A stretch of DNA of 64,000 bases from Candidatus Kaiserbacteria bacterium (GCA_029288865.1 JARIGM010000035.1:26258-90257); one strand, 5' to 3'; positions 1 through 10,093 are shown, counted from the stretch's first letter. A program made the numbers and translations. Notes: generated from the sequence alone by a model not told the origin.

Positions 1-692
1 GCGCGTTCCAGTACTTCATCAAGTGGGGTCACCGCACCGATCTCCACCTTTACGTCTTCGGCTGTACGCTCGCCGATTGCGAGCTGGAACTCACTTCGCA
101 CATAGTCGATGATGTTCTCGTTAAAACGATCGCCCGCGACGTGCGAGCTCTTTGACGAAACAGTCCCACCGAGGGCTAAGACTGAAATGTCTGTCGTACC
201 TGCGCCGATGTCGAGCACCATCGTGCCCACTGCCTCTGTGATCGGAAGTTTCGCGCCGATCGCACCAGCTGTCGGTTCTTCGAGGATGAACACTTCGCGC
301 GCGCCTGAAGTCATCGCAGCATCGCGCACCGCACGGCTTTCAACGTTCGTAACACCGGTCGGCACACCAACGACGACGCGTGGACCGAGCAATCGAGAGC
401 GATCTCCTTGTGCCTTTTGTATGAAATATGCGAGCAGCTCCTGGGTCACTTCGAAGTCTGAGATGACTCCATGCTGGAGCGGACGGACAGCGCGGATATG
501 CGGCGGCGTTTTGCCGAGCATTACCTTCGCTTCCTTCCCCACTGCTACCACCTGTCCCGTCTTGTCATTCACTGCCACAACGGATGGCTCGTTCATCACG
601 ATGCCGCGGCCGCGCACGTACACGAGCGTATTTCCAGTACCGAGGTCGATACCGATGTCACTTGAGAAAAGATTTCGTGTCCACTTAGCCAT
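1..692 (-). CDS. MreB/Mbl-like actin homolog (paralog, N-terminal part; 3' end beyond window start)
   Basis: Hand translation of the minus strand from ATG at 690-692 gives MAKWTRNLFSSDIGIDLGTGNTLVYVRGRGIVMNEPSVVAV..., the canonical MreB N-terminus with phosphate-1 loop. Its start is 2 nt from the proS stop, so it is operonic. Not in the ORF track because it runs off the window. Confidence 0.8.
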   Translation of the reverse strand, partial: MAKWTRNLFSSDIGIDLGTGNTLVYVRGRGIVMNEPSVVAVNDKTGQVVAVGKEAKVMLGKTPPHIRAVRPLQHGVISDFEVTQELLAYFIQKAQGDRSRLLGPRVVVGVPTGVTNVESRAVRDAAMTSGAREVFILEEPTAGAIGAKLPITEAVGTMVLDIGAGTTDISVLALGGTVSSKSSHVAGDRFNENIIDYVRSEFQLAIGERTAEDVKVEIGAVTPLDEVLER

Positions 693-693
693 A

Positions 694-1974
694 TTATTGC
701 GGGAGCAGTTCTTCGCGATCTACACGGATCACTTCACCAGTTGCGCGAGATACCACCTCGAGCGTCTTACCTTCGAGCGCTTCCTTTCCGACGACGATGC
801 GATACGGAATACCGATGAGATCGCTATCCGCGAACTTCTCTCCTGCACGCGCATCGCGATCGTCATAAAGCACTGAAGCACCGCGAAGAGTGAGGAGATC
901 ATAGAGCTCATCGGCATATGAAACCGCATCTGCATTATTCGGCATAGCGTTCACGAGATGATACTTGAATGGTGCGATCGATTCTGGCCAGACGATTCCC
1001 TTCTCATCCGAGAGAAGCTCGACGACCGTGCCCATCAAGCGCCCAAGACCGATGCCATACGCACCATTCACTGGAATTTGATCTTCACCATTCTCATCCT
1101 TAAACGTTACTCCTAGTTCTGAGGTGTATCGCGTTCCGTACTTGAATATATTTCCTACCTCAATAGACTTTGCTTCTCGTAACGACTCACGCGTTATGCC
1201 GAGTCCTGCAAGAATGTCATCCTGCAATACCTCTTCATTTACCGCGATTCCTTTTTCATCGTTGATATAAATTATGTCCTCTCCTGCATCGCAGATAGTC
1301 TGGAATTCGTGACTAAATTTTGAGAACATGCCGCCCGAAGCAAAAGTCACAAATGTCTTATCGCCAATACCGGCGCGCTCATAAACATTCTTATATGCTT
1401 GTATTGCTTTCTCGTAGAACGCATCCAGATCTTCCTGATTACGATGATACGAATACATATCCTTCATCAAGAATTCTCGGCCACGCATGATGCCTGACTT
1501 TGCGCGCAATTCGTTACGAAATTTCGTTTGGAATTGATACGTAACCCGTGGCAGGTCACGATATGAAGAGATGTATTCACGAAGCATGCGTGCCATCGGT
1601 TCTTCGTGAGTACAACCAAGCCCGAGTTCAGAATCGTTCTTTAATTTTGTCTTGAACCAAACATCAACTTTCTCGTCATCCCATCGATTACTCATCTTCC
1701 ATATTTCTGGATCCTGGAGTGCACTCAACAAAACCTCCTGTCCTCCGATAGCATTCATCTCCTCCCGAATTATTTGTCGGATATTATCCATAACCCGGAG
1801 TCCGAGTGGCAGATAGTCATACACACCTGCCATTTCTTTACTTACAAATCCAGCACGAATGAGTAGCTGCGCGTTCTTGGAGACCTCATCTGAAGGAGCT
1901 TCTCGTCGAGTTTTGGTGAAGAGTTGTGATTGCCGCATACGAGGTATTGTACGGCGAAACCTCCTCAGGAGCAA
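694..1974 (-). CDS. proS: prolyl-tRNA synthetase (short form without editing insertion)
   Basis: 426 aa with class II aaRS motifs and ProRS-like N-terminus (QSQLFTKTRREAPSDEVSKNAQLLIRAGFV). The C-terminal anticodon-binding region is conserved. Confidence 0.85.
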   Translation of the reverse strand: MLLRRFRRTIPRMRQSQLFTKTRREAPSDEVSKNAQLLIRAGFVSKEMAGVYDYLPLGLRVMDNIRQIIREEMNAIGGQEVLLSALQDPEIWKMSNRWDDEKVDVWFKTKLKNDSELGLGCTHEEPMARMLREYISSYRDLPRVTYQFQTKFRNELRAKSGIMRGREFLMKDMYSYHRNQEDLDAFYEKAIQAYKNVYERAGIGDKTFVTFASGGMFSKFSHEFQTICDAGEDIIYINDEKGIAVNEEVLQDDILAGLGITRESLREAKSIEVGNIFKYGTRYTSELGVTFKDENGEDQIPVNGAYGIGLGRLMGTVVELLSDEKGIVWPESIAPFKYHLVNAMPNNADAVSYADELYDLLTLRGASVLYDDRDARAGEKFADSDLIGIPYRIVVGKEALEGKTLEVVSRATGEVIRVDREELLPQ

Positions 1975-1983
1975 AGCGTTGAG

Positions 1984-3087
1984 CTAGACAAACAGCTTGA
2001 ATATGTCGTGCGCAGAAACCACGACCATAAGGATGAGCAGGAGTACGAATCCGACAGCGTTAACGCGTTCCGCGATCTTCGGATTTATAGGCTTACGGGT
2101 TGCTGCTTCGATGAGCACGAACAAGAGGCGACCGCCATCGAGGGCTGGCATCGGGATGAGGTTAATGAGTGCGAGATTGATGGAGATGAGGCCAGTGAGG
2201 GTGAGGAGGGCACCAAAGCCTGTATCAGATGCCTGCCCTACCGCCTTCGCGATGCCGATCGGTCCGCTCACCTGTGAGAGGTCTGCCTTGAAAAGGAATA
2301 TGTTCTTGAAGAAATCATAGAGACCGATTGCAGTCTCCTTTGTCATCTCCCAGGTGTAGCTGAGACCTTCGAGCGGCGCTTGGAGTATTGGCGTCTTCAC
2401 GGTGCCGATCGAGGCAAGTGCAATGCCGAGACCAGGGTGAGTCGGCTCGCTTGGAATGGTTCCCTTCTTTGGGGTCGCAACGATCTGCATTACGTCTGTT
2501 CCGCGACGGACTTGAAACTGCATCGGCGTCTCTTCCGTGTCTTGCCCGATAAGCATAGCTAAGCCTCCAGGATTATTGCCTGCATAGCTCATCGCTTGGA
2601 CCTTGGTACTGGTCGTAGCGGAAAGGATCTCGTCGCCACGCTTGAACCCAGCAATATCTGCTGGACCGCCCTTCGTCACATCGGCGAATACGATTACCGC
2701 ATCTTTGCTCGTCGAGAGCTGTTGAGGAGTGAGCACCTGCTGCGTGCCAATGATGAGCGCAATCGTGAGCACTATGTAAGCGAAGAGCACGTTCATCACT
2801 ATTCCCGCAACCAACGTAAGGGCCTGAAGTAGCTTGGACTTCGCTGTGAATGCCTCCGCACCTTCGGCACCATCCTCGCCATAGATACGCACGAAGCCAC
2901 CGAATGGCAGCCAGTTCAGTGTGTATTCAGTTCCTTTTATCGTCGCGATCGTGAGTGCGCGCGGCGGATAGCCGATACCAAATTCATCCACGCGCATGCC
3001 GGACAGTTTGGCCACGACGAAGTGTCCGATCTCATGCACAAGGATCAGCACGACAAGCACGAGTATGAAAATCAGGACGCCGATCAT
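1984..3087 (-). CDS. rseP: site-2 protease RseP family zinc metalloprotease with PDZ domain
   Basis: HEIGH zinc motif at the N-terminus, multiple TM segments, a PDZ-like middle region and a C-terminal LDGG motif. Confidence 0.8.
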   Translation of the reverse strand: MIGVLIFILVLVVLILVHEIGHFVVAKLSGMRVDEFGIGYPPRALTIATIKGTEYTLNWLPFGGFVRIYGEDGAEGAEAFTAKSKLLQALTLVAGIVMNVLFAYIVLTIALIIGTQQVLTPQQLSTSKDAVIVFADVTKGGPADIAGFKRGDEILSATTSTKVQAMSYAGNNPGGLAMLIGQDTEETPMQFQVRRGTDVMQIVATPKKGTIPSEPTHPGLGIALASIGTVKTPILQAPLEGLSYTWEMTKETAIGLYDFFKNIFLFKADLSQVSGPIGIAKAVGQASDTGFGALLTLTGLISINLALINLIPMPALDGGRLLFVLIEAATRKPINPKIAERVNAVGFVLLLILMVVVSAHDIFKLFV

Positions 3088-3090
3088 GAC

Positions 3091-3642
3091 TTAAGAGCTA
3101 ATTTCGTCGTGCTTCTTTTTCGCAAGCGCATCGAGTGCAGCTGTGCCAGCATCGACCCGCTTCTGCACGTCTTCTTTCAAGCGGAAGATCTCGTCTTTGC
3201 TGATGCCGCCATCTTTTTCTGAAGCTTCGATCGACTTGATCGTTTCTGCGCGGTGGCCACGAAGCGTCACCTTTGCCTGTTCTACTTTATCGTTCGCGAG
3301 CTTGAGGAGCATGCTGCGGCGTTCAGCTGTGAGCTCAGGGAAAAAGACCCGAAGCCCTTGATCATCCACAGAGGTTGAGATGCCGAGATCGGCTTCCATG
3401 ATCGCTTTCTCGATGCTCTTTGTGATGCTCTTATCCCATGGCGAGATGCGGAGCGTGCGCGCGTCTTCGATAGTGACCGACGCGACCTGATTGATTGCAG
3501 TGCGAGATCCGTACACTTCTGCTTTCACGCTATCGAGCAGCATCGGAGAAGCGCGCCCTGTGCGAATACTCGTGAACTCGCGCGTAAGCCACTCCTCTGT
3601 TTCTTTAATTTCCTTGTCGAACGGTCCGAAGTCGTATGCCAT
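3091..3642 (-). CDS. frr: ribosome recycling factor
   Basis: 183 aa with typical RRF sequence throughout (…VKAEVYGSRTAINQVASVTIEDARTL…). Confidence 0.9.
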   Translation of the reverse strand: MAYDFGPFDKEIKETEEWLTREFTSIRTGRASPMLLDSVKAEVYGSRTAINQVASVTIEDARTLRISPWDKSITKSIEKAIMEADLGISTSVDDQGLRVFFPELTAERRSMLLKLANDKVEQAKVTLRGHRAETIKSIEASEKDGGISKDEIFRLKEDVQKRVDAGTAALDALAKKKHDEISS

Positions 3643-3658
3643 ATGTAGGTGTAGTGTA

Positions 3659-4357
3659 TCAAAGGCTGGCAGGCATCACCAGCAAAACATGCTCGAAGAT
3701 GAGCTTGAGGGGTGCCGAGCGTTCGTGGAGGATTGGTAAGAATGTTTCAAGATCAGTGAGGAACTGACGGAATTCTCTCTTGCGTTCTTGCGCGATTTCC
3801 TTCAGCCATGCTGCATGCGTGGTGACGATAAGCCCCTCGATAAGTTGCAGCGCGGCAAGTCGTGCGGCCTGCTTCTCGTCATCTTTATCAGACTTCGCCC
3901 GATCAAGCAGCTTCGAGACAATCTTCTCACGTTCGGCTGGCGATACATCGAGGAATTCGCGCGCGCCATGACCGACTGAATTATGGGACGCACCGCGAGA
4001 CGGAAGGACGAGCAGGCGTGAACGGAGTGTCGGCAAGAGCATCCCTTCTGCCGGAAGCACGAGAATCACGACCGTGCCGCTCGGCGGCTCCTCGAAGAAT
4101 TTCAAGAGCGCATTCTGCGCCTCATGGAAGATGCGGGCTGCCGACACGATGAGCACCTTGCGATCTCCACGGGTCGGAGCTAATTCTCCAAGGCTTTGCA
4201 GACGGCGTGCGTCATCCACAGACAAAAGCCCATGCCGCAATGTCATCACATCTGGGTTGCCGTGCTGTGCGAGTTCGAGCTCAGTCTCCGCAAACGCGAG
4301 CGCAGCCGCAATCCCCTCTTCTATGTCTCCTGTTATGAAATACGCGTGGTGCGCCAT
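3659..4357 (-). CDS. holB: DNA polymerase III delta-prime-like clamp loader subunit
   Basis: N-terminal MAHHAYFITGD motif (HAYLF-type) without a Walker A GKT, then an AAA+ lid region. 232 aa. Confidence 0.6.
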   Translation of the reverse strand: MAHHAYFITGDIEEGIAAALAFAETELELAQHGNPDVMTLRHGLLSVDDARRLQSLGELAPTRGDRKVLIVSAARIFHEAQNALLKFFEEPPSGTVVILVLPAEGMLLPTLRSRLLVLPSRGASHNSVGHGAREFLDVSPAEREKIVSKLLDRAKSDKDDEKQAARLAALQLIEGLIVTTHAAWLKEIAQERKREFRQFLTDLETFLPILHERSAPLKLIFEHVLLVMPASL

Positions 4358-4422
4358 TCCTTGATTCTACCCCAAGCGAGCGGATAGTGCTGACGGACAG
4401 ATCCGATAGAACTATCCGCGAG

Positions 4423-5445
4423 CTACTTCTTCGAGATGATGCTCTTCTTATACGTATCCAAATGCCGCAGCGCGATACCGGTGCCGCGCGCGACACAGAA
4501 GTACGCATCGGTCGCGAGGTTTGCGGTGACACCAGTGCGACGATAAACGAGCTCGGGAAGAAGTTTGAGCTGCGAGGTGCCGCCCGTGAGGATGATGCCG
4601 TTGTCGATGATGTCTGAAGCGAGTTCTGGCGGCGTGTCCTGGAGCACGCGGCGTACAGCGCCCATCATCTCGCGAAGCTCGCGATTCATTGCCTGCACGA
4701 CTTCGTTAGTCTTTAACTCCACCGTGCGCGGAAGTCCCGATACAAGATCACGACCCTTCACCGCCATCACCTCTTCTTCCGTAACCGGAACGGCAGCGCC
4801 AATCGTAATCTTGATGTCTTCAGCGGTCTTATCGCCGATCGCGAGATTGTACTGCTTCTTTGCATAGTCGATGATCGCACGATCGAGTTTGTTGCCGGCG
4901 CATTTTACAGATGTCGATGCAACGATGCCGCCGAGCGAGATCACTGCGACGTCGATCGTGCCACCACCGATGTCTGCAACCATGCGACCCATCGGCTCAT
5001 GGATCGGGATTCCTGCACCGATCGCAGCGAGAATCGGCTCCTTCACGACGAACGCATCTTTTGCACCTGCTTTCACTGCCGCTTCGATTACGGCGCGCTT
5101 TTCAGTTGAAGTGACGCCTGCTGGCACGGAGATAAGTACGGTCGGCTTGAAGAGATTGAACCGGCCAAGCGCCTTGCGCATAAAATAGCGGAGCATCGCT
5201 TCGGTCACGCGATAGTCCGCGATGACGCCGTCCTTCATCGGACGATATGCAGTGATGCTGTCCGGCGTGCGTCCCACCATCTGCTTTGCCTCGACGCCGA
5301 TCGCCACGACCTTGTTCGTTTCAGTCGAAACTGCTACCACTGACGGCTCGTTCAGCACGACTCCCTTTCCCGGCACGAACACAAGCACATTCGTCGTTCC
5401 CAGGTCGATGCCGAGTTTTGGTGAGAAGGCTGCCATTTCCCTCAT
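4423..5445 (-). CDS. mreB: rod shape-determining protein MreB
   Basis: 340 aa, full actin-fold ATPase motifs (IDLGTTNVLV…, DIGGGTIDVAV…). Confidence 0.85.
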   Translation of the reverse strand: MREMAAFSPKLGIDLGTTNVLVFVPGKGVVLNEPSVVAVSTETNKVVAIGVEAKQMVGRTPDSITAYRPMKDGVIADYRVTEAMLRYFMRKALGRFNLFKPTVLISVPAGVTSTEKRAVIEAAVKAGAKDAFVVKEPILAAIGAGIPIHEPMGRMVADIGGGTIDVAVISLGGIVASTSVKCAGNKLDRAIIDYAKKQYNLAIGDKTAEDIKITIGAAVPVTEEEVMAVKGRDLVSGLPRTVELKTNEVVQAMNRELREMMGAVRRVLQDTPPELASDIIDNGIILTGGTSQLKLLPELVYRRTGVTANLATDAYFCVARGTGIALRHLDTYKKSIISKK

Positions 5446-5536
5446 ATAATACCTGGTTATCCTGCAGAGACAAATTTCACAAACACTTCATAACCGCTTG
5501 AGGTTTATTTTAGGTCCGATCTGGTTGCATATACCC

Positions 5537-5926
5537 ATGAAGCAATTCCTCGCGTGGATCGGATTAAAGATTCGTCTCGACTCGCAACGTACCAAGCCCC
5601 CATCCGTGCGCGAGGGCGAGATCTGGTGGGCGAGCCTCGGCGAAAACATCGGCACGGAAATAAACGGTAAAGGCCGTTCGTTCGCCCGACCGGTCTTAAT
5701 TTTGAAGCGTCTGTCCCAAAACACTTACTTCGCAATACCTACAAGCACTCAGCTTCGAGAAGGCGACTGGTTCATACCGATCCAATACGCGACCTATTCA
5801 GTTGTGGTGTGTTTACATCAAGCTCGAACCATCGATTACAGAAGAATCGACAAGAAACTTGGAACATTATCGCAAGCTCAATTCCAATTGGTAAAAGAAG
5901 GATTGGGACGATTGTATGGATTATAA
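5537..5926 (+). CDS. PemK/MazF-family endoribonuclease toxin (orphan, no adjacent antitoxin ORF)
   Basis: REGEIWWASLGENIGTEINGKGRSFARPVLIL… and …ARTIDYRRIDKKLGTLSQAQFQLVKEGL align with MazF/EndoA ([42 protein letters not shown]). First in-frame ATG chosen; a hairpin follows at 5935-5960. Confidence 0.6.
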   Translation: MKQFLAWIGLKIRLDSQRTKPPSVREGEIWWASLGENIGTEINGKGRSFARPVLILKRLSQNTYFAIPTSTQLREGDWFIPIQYATYSVVVCLHQARTIDYRRIDKKLGTLSQAQFQLVKEGLGRLYGL

Positions 5927-6055
5927 AAATGAACTCCCGTGCCTTTCGGCCGGGAGACTGTGGGAGCAAGCCCGTGCAGAACAAGTCTGCTCACGTATTA
6001 TATACAATACTGTACCTAGCATCAAGCACTAACGGTTCTGGTATACTAGGCGGAC

Positions 6056-7390
6056 ATGTCACAAGAACACGGCACAACAAAAGAAGAGGAGAAAAAGAAT
6101 TTCGTAGTCGAAGGAGGCCATCAGCTTTCAGGAAGCATCGTCACGAACCGTTCGAAGAACGGTGCGGTCGCCTTGCTTGCCGCATCACTCCTTAATAAAG
6201 GCACGACTCGCCTGAACAAGGTGCCGCATATCGAGGAAGTGCATCGCCTCATCGAAGTATTGCGTTCGATCGGCGTCACTGCCGAGTGGGATGACCACGA
6301 CCTCACCCTTACACCTCCTGCAGAAATCTCGCTCGACACCATCGATCGTGTCGCAGCTGCAAAGACCCGCAGCATCCTCATGTTCATCGGCGCCCTCATT
6401 CACCATTTCCCTGCATTCGATATCCCGCAATCGGGCGGCTGCACGCTCGGACTTCGTTCTGTGCGCCAGCACCTCTGGGCGCTTGAGCGATTCGGCGTCT
6501 CGATCGAAACCCTGACGGACCACTACCACGTGACGCATGATGACCTCTCGCCTGAAACGGTCGTTTTGTACGAAGCGAGCGATACCGCAACGATCAACGC
6601 ACTGCTTGCAGCAGCGCGCATTCCCGGCACGAGCACGATAAAGTACGCATCAGCAAACTATCAGGTGCAGGAGGTGTGCGGGTTCCTCCAGCTGCTTGGC
6701 GTCGACATCCAAGGCATCGGCACCACGACGCTTATCGTGACCGGCGTGCCAGAGATCTCCAAAGACGTAACCTACACCGTCGCAGAGGACCCGACTGATG
6801 CTATGTTTTTCATCGCAGCAGCAGTGAGCACTCATTCATCTCTCCTCATCGAGCGCGTGCCGATCGAATTCCTTGAAGTCGAATTGAATGTACTCGAGAA
6901 GATGGGTCTCCACTACACGGTCCGACCAGTCGGGCTTTCAGAGAACGGCATCACGAAACTCGCCGATCTTTCTATCGAACCATCGGAGCTTGTCGCATTT
7001 CCAGAAAAGATTCACGCTCGCCCCTACCCTGCTCTTAACATCGACAACCTTCCGTTCTTTGCTGTTATCGCAACGCAAGCTGAGGGCACCACACTTATTC
7101 ATGACTGGTCCTACGAGAAGCGTGCCATCTATTACACCGAGCTCGATCGTCTCGGTGCAGACACCGTCCTCATGGATCCGCACCGCATCCAGATAACCGG
7201 GCCACGGCATCTCCGCGGCGCTGAGCTCGTTTCTCCGCCCGCGCTCCGTCCTGCTACCATCCTGCTCATCGGTATGCTCGCTGCCCAAGGAACCTCGATT
7301 CTACGCAATATTTACAGCATCAATCGCGGATATGAAGATATCGTGACGCGTCTCCGCAGCATCGGCGCACAGATTACGGCTACTTCGTAG
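6056..7390 (+). CDS. murA: UDP-N-acetylglucosamine 1-carboxyvinyltransferase
   Basis: 444 aa EPSP-synthase fold with MurA-typical N-terminus (GGHQLSGSIVTNRSKNGAVALLAASLL) and C-terminal region. Confidence 0.9.
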   Translation: MSQEHGTTKEEEKKNFVVEGGHQLSGSIVTNRSKNGAVALLAASLLNKGTTRLNKVPHIEEVHRLIEVLRSIGVTAEWDDHDLTLTPPAEISLDTIDRVAAAKTRSILMFIGALIHHFPAFDIPQSGGCTLGLRSVRQHLWALERFGVSIETLTDHYHVTHDDLSPETVVLYEASDTATINALLAAARIPGTSTIKYASANYQVQEVCGFLQLLGVDIQGIGTTTLIVTGVPEISKDVTYTVAEDPTDAMFFIAAAVSTHSSLLIERVPIEFLEVELNVLEKMGLHYTVRPVGLSENGITKLADLSIEPSELVAFPEKIHARPYPALNIDNLPFFAVIATQAEGTTLIHDWSYEKRAIYYTELDRLGADTVLMDPHRIQITGPRHLRGAELVSPPALRPATILLIGMLAAQGTSILRNIYSINRGYEDIVTRLRSIGAQITATS

Positions 7391-7431
7391 CGCGCCCGCG
7401 GTTTTTCTGATACGCTTGCCGTATTCATCAT

Positions 7432-8220
7432 ATGGAACAGACCCGCACATTTCTCAGCAAGCACATCATTCTCATCCTTCTTGCGATCGTGGTTGCGCTT
7501 GTCGGCGCAACCTACGCGCTCGGCTATCGCATCGAGCCAGGAGGCATCGCTCGCGTCGGCACGCTCACTCTCACTGGTCTGCCTGTGGGCACGACTATCT
7601 ATACTGAGGAGACATACCGTATGACCGTAAAGAAAGCCGGCGATGTATCGCTTGAACTTGGCCCCGGTAACCACTCCGTCGTCGTGAATGCGCCGAATGA
7701 TTACCCGTGGAGCACGATCGCCCGTATCACGTCCAATCAGGAAATGCATGTGACTCCGCTTCTCGTGCACATGAATCTAAAAGTCGCGCAGCTCGATGGC
7801 GCAGATAAGACTCTAGCGATTCGTGCAATTGCAACCTCGACGCTTCCAACACCTCAAGCGCCACTCTCTACGATGAACGGCTGTGTGAACGTATACGTGA
7901 GCAACAATCAGGTGATCGCTACTGCCGCGACCAGCACTCCAGGATGCACGCCTCCGCCCTATCTCTGTGCAGGTGGAACATGCGCTGAGACCATCATCTA
8001 TGCGCCGGTAGCGCATCTGACGAATGTATTCCTCTATCCCGGTCGCCAAGACGCGCTTGCAGTCGCATTCGGCGGCACGCTGTATGCGCTTGCGATTGAT
8101 CCGTCGACTCCACAGTTTTTCGCGCCGCTCGTACGTGGCGCAACCGCGCACTATGGCCAGCTTTCAGACGGCAGCATCGTGGTTCAGGACGGGACTACCG
8201 TCGCAAAGATCGGTTTCTAG
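7432..8220 (+). CDS. hypothetical membrane-anchored secreted protein
   Basis: N-terminal TM helix (ILILLAIVVALVGATYAL), a Cys-containing extracytoplasmic domain, no recognisable family. Confidence 0.4.
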   Translation: MEQTRTFLSKHIILILLAIVVALVGATYALGYRIEPGGIARVGTLTLTGLPVGTTIYTEETYRMTVKKAGDVSLELGPGNHSVVVNAPNDYPWSTIARITSNQEMHVTPLLVHMNLKVAQLDGADKTLAIRAIATSTLPTPQAPLSTMNGCVNVYVSNNQVIATAATSTPGCTPPPYLCAGGTCAETIIYAPVAHLTNVFLYPGRQDALAVAFGGTLYALAIDPSTPQFFAPLVRGATAHYGQLSDGSIVVQDGTTVAKIGF

Positions 8221-8259
8221 ATAAGTGCACGCTGACGCGGGCAAGAGTAGAATGGAGAC

Positions 8260-10068
8260 ATGTACGTCCTCCAGGTCATTCCTCTTGCGCGAACTGCACC
8301 ACCTGAGCCGCTCACGTATCGCAGCAAGGATGTGTTCATTCCCGGCGCACTCGTCGAAGTATCGCTTCGTAAGACGACCGTACTTGGACTCGTCGTCGCC
8401 TGCGAACCGGTGCAGCATGCGAAAGCAGCCCTCAAGACGGCAGATTTTAGTATTACAAAAAGCGTGCTCCGCGAGCGTGGCGCATTGCCGCCCGCGATCC
8501 GGACTGCAGCGATCATCGTCGCGACCTATCATGCAACTACCATCGGCGCTGTGCTGGCGAGCCTCGTCGTACCCATCATTCCTGAAGAGATTCCTTCCCG
8601 TCTCAGCAAAGGTGAGGAATTTTCCACAATCGCGATCGAAGATCCACGGAAAGACCGCGAAAAGAAATATGAGAAACGATTTGGTGAGGGAATAACACTG
8701 CTTGTAGTTCCGACCCTTGCAGAGGCACGATCTTTTACAGAGCGATATAAGTCTCTGAAGCCACTCGTTATCACCAGCGCGCTCACCCAAAAGAAACGAG
8801 ACGCTGCTGTCGCACTCGCGTGCTCAAGCGATGCGCCGATGCTTATCATCTCGACACCAAGCTATGCCTTCCTGCCGATTCCACGATTGTCGGGAATCAT
8901 CATCGAGCGGCTCAGTGCCGGCGGATACGTGTTCCCTAAGCGTCCATATATAGACATGCGCATCGCGCTCACCGAGCTCGCACGAGCGCGCGAGCTTCCG
9001 ATCGCTTATGGCGACTATCCGCTTCCGCTCGAGTATCGCAGCAAGCCTGCGCTTCCGCTCAAGCATGCGCCGAATGCTCCCGCGAAAATCTTGGATGCGA
9101 GCACGCTCCGTGAAGAAGGCACAAGATGGCTGGCCGTACCGGCACCGATTCGCGACGAAATGGCACGAATCTTGAAAGATAATGGCACAGTCGGGGTGCT
9201 TGCAGCACGCCGGGGGTATGCGCCGTCCGTCGTATGTCGGGATTGCGGGACGACCGTCACGGACGACTATGGCCGTGCGCTTTCGCTTTCGATTGCGAAT
9301 GACAAAAGAATATTTCGCTCTGCCGATGGTCGCACTATCGAGGACATTGGCGGCAAGAAAGTGCTCTGCAAGAAGTGCGGCAGTTGGAACCTCCAGCCGC
9401 TTGGCGTGGGCATCGAACGCGGCGGCGAAGAGCTTGCAATTGCATTTCCTGATGTCGAACTCATCCAAATAGAAAGTGACACACGTTCGGCAAAACTGCA
9501 CAAACAACTTTCAACTCCGCCGAGTGCCGGAAGAATCATCATCGGGACTGAAGCCATGCTCCCCACACTCTCGATCGATACTCCGCTTTCTCTCGGCATC
9601 ATCGCATCCGCAGATTCACTGCTCGCGTTGCCGTTCTGGCGTGCCCGGGAACGATTCGTGCGCGTGGGGCTCATGCTACGCGAACGCAGCGAGCGAATGT
9701 TCCTTGTCACGCGCCGTATGGAAGACACTGCGCTTTCAGGCATCTCCAACCCGACAACTTCTACTTTCTGGGAAGAAGAACTCGGCCTTCGCAAGCTGCT
9801 CAGCTATCCGCCCTTCGGCACACTGGTCGTGTTCAATGCGGAAGGTTCAGCAGAGCGCATTGAATCCGCGCAACGGTATATCAGCGAGGTATGTGCACCG
9901 CACCCTCTCATCACGCTTCCGCCGCGCGGAATCGCAAAGAATATGCTTCGCGGCACGAGCGTGCTCCATGTTCCCGCAGGAGCATGGCCGGATGCAGCCC
10001 TCGCCGAGAAGCTCGCAACCCTTCCGCCGTTTGTCCGCACCCACATCGATTCAGAAACATTCTTTTAA
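8260..10068 (+). CDS. priA: primosomal protein N' (PriA)-like, apparently lacking helicase Walker A/B motifs
   Basis: The N-terminus (MYVLQVIPLARTAPPEPLTYRSKDVFIPGALVEVSLRKTTVLGLVV) matches the PriA 3' DNA-binding domain. CxxC…CxxC zinc knuckles are present (CRDCG…CKKCG). No GxGKT or DEAH box was found by eye. Confidence 0.65.
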   Translation: MYVLQVIPLARTAPPEPLTYRSKDVFIPGALVEVSLRKTTVLGLVVACEPVQHAKAALKTADFSITKSVLRERGALPPAIRTAAIIVATYHATTIGAVLASLVVPIIPEEIPSRLSKGEEFSTIAIEDPRKDREKKYEKRFGEGITLLVVPTLAEARSFTERYKSLKPLVITSALTQKKRDAAVALACSSDAPMLIISTPSYAFLPIPRLSGIIIERLSAGGYVFPKRPYIDMRIALTELARARELPIAYGDYPLPLEYRSKPALPLKHAPNAPAKILDASTLREEGTRWLAVPAPIRDEMARILKDNGTVGVLAARRGYAPSVVCRDCGTTVTDDYGRALSLSIANDKRIFRSADGRTIEDIGGKKVLCKKCGSWNLQPLGVGIERGGEELAIAFPDVELIQIESDTRSAKLHKQLSTPPSAGRIIIGTEAMLPTLSIDTPLSLGIIASADSLLALPFWRARERFVRVGLMLRERSERMFLVTRRMEDTALSGISNPTTSTFWEEELGLRKLLSYPPFGTLVVFNAEGSAERIESAQRYISEVCAPHPLITLPPRGIAKNMLRGTSVLHVPAGAWPDAALAEKLATLPPFVRTHIDSETFF

Positions 10069-10093
10069 TATCGTGGTGTGATATAGTCCTCGC

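Noticed and set aside
109-876. Plus-strand 255-aa ORF (and nested 471-665 ORF) in the ORF track
   Set aside because: It lies antisense to the MreB-paralog coding region that translates cleanly on the minus strand. The product is low-complexity, Ala/Pro/Arg-rich and typical of the GC-rich antisense frame.
8164-9794. Several minus-strand ORFs (8164-8790, 8824-9507, 9267-9794) inside priA
   Set aside because: They are antisense to a well-supported priA-like CDS, and their products are Arg/Ala-rich with no motifs.
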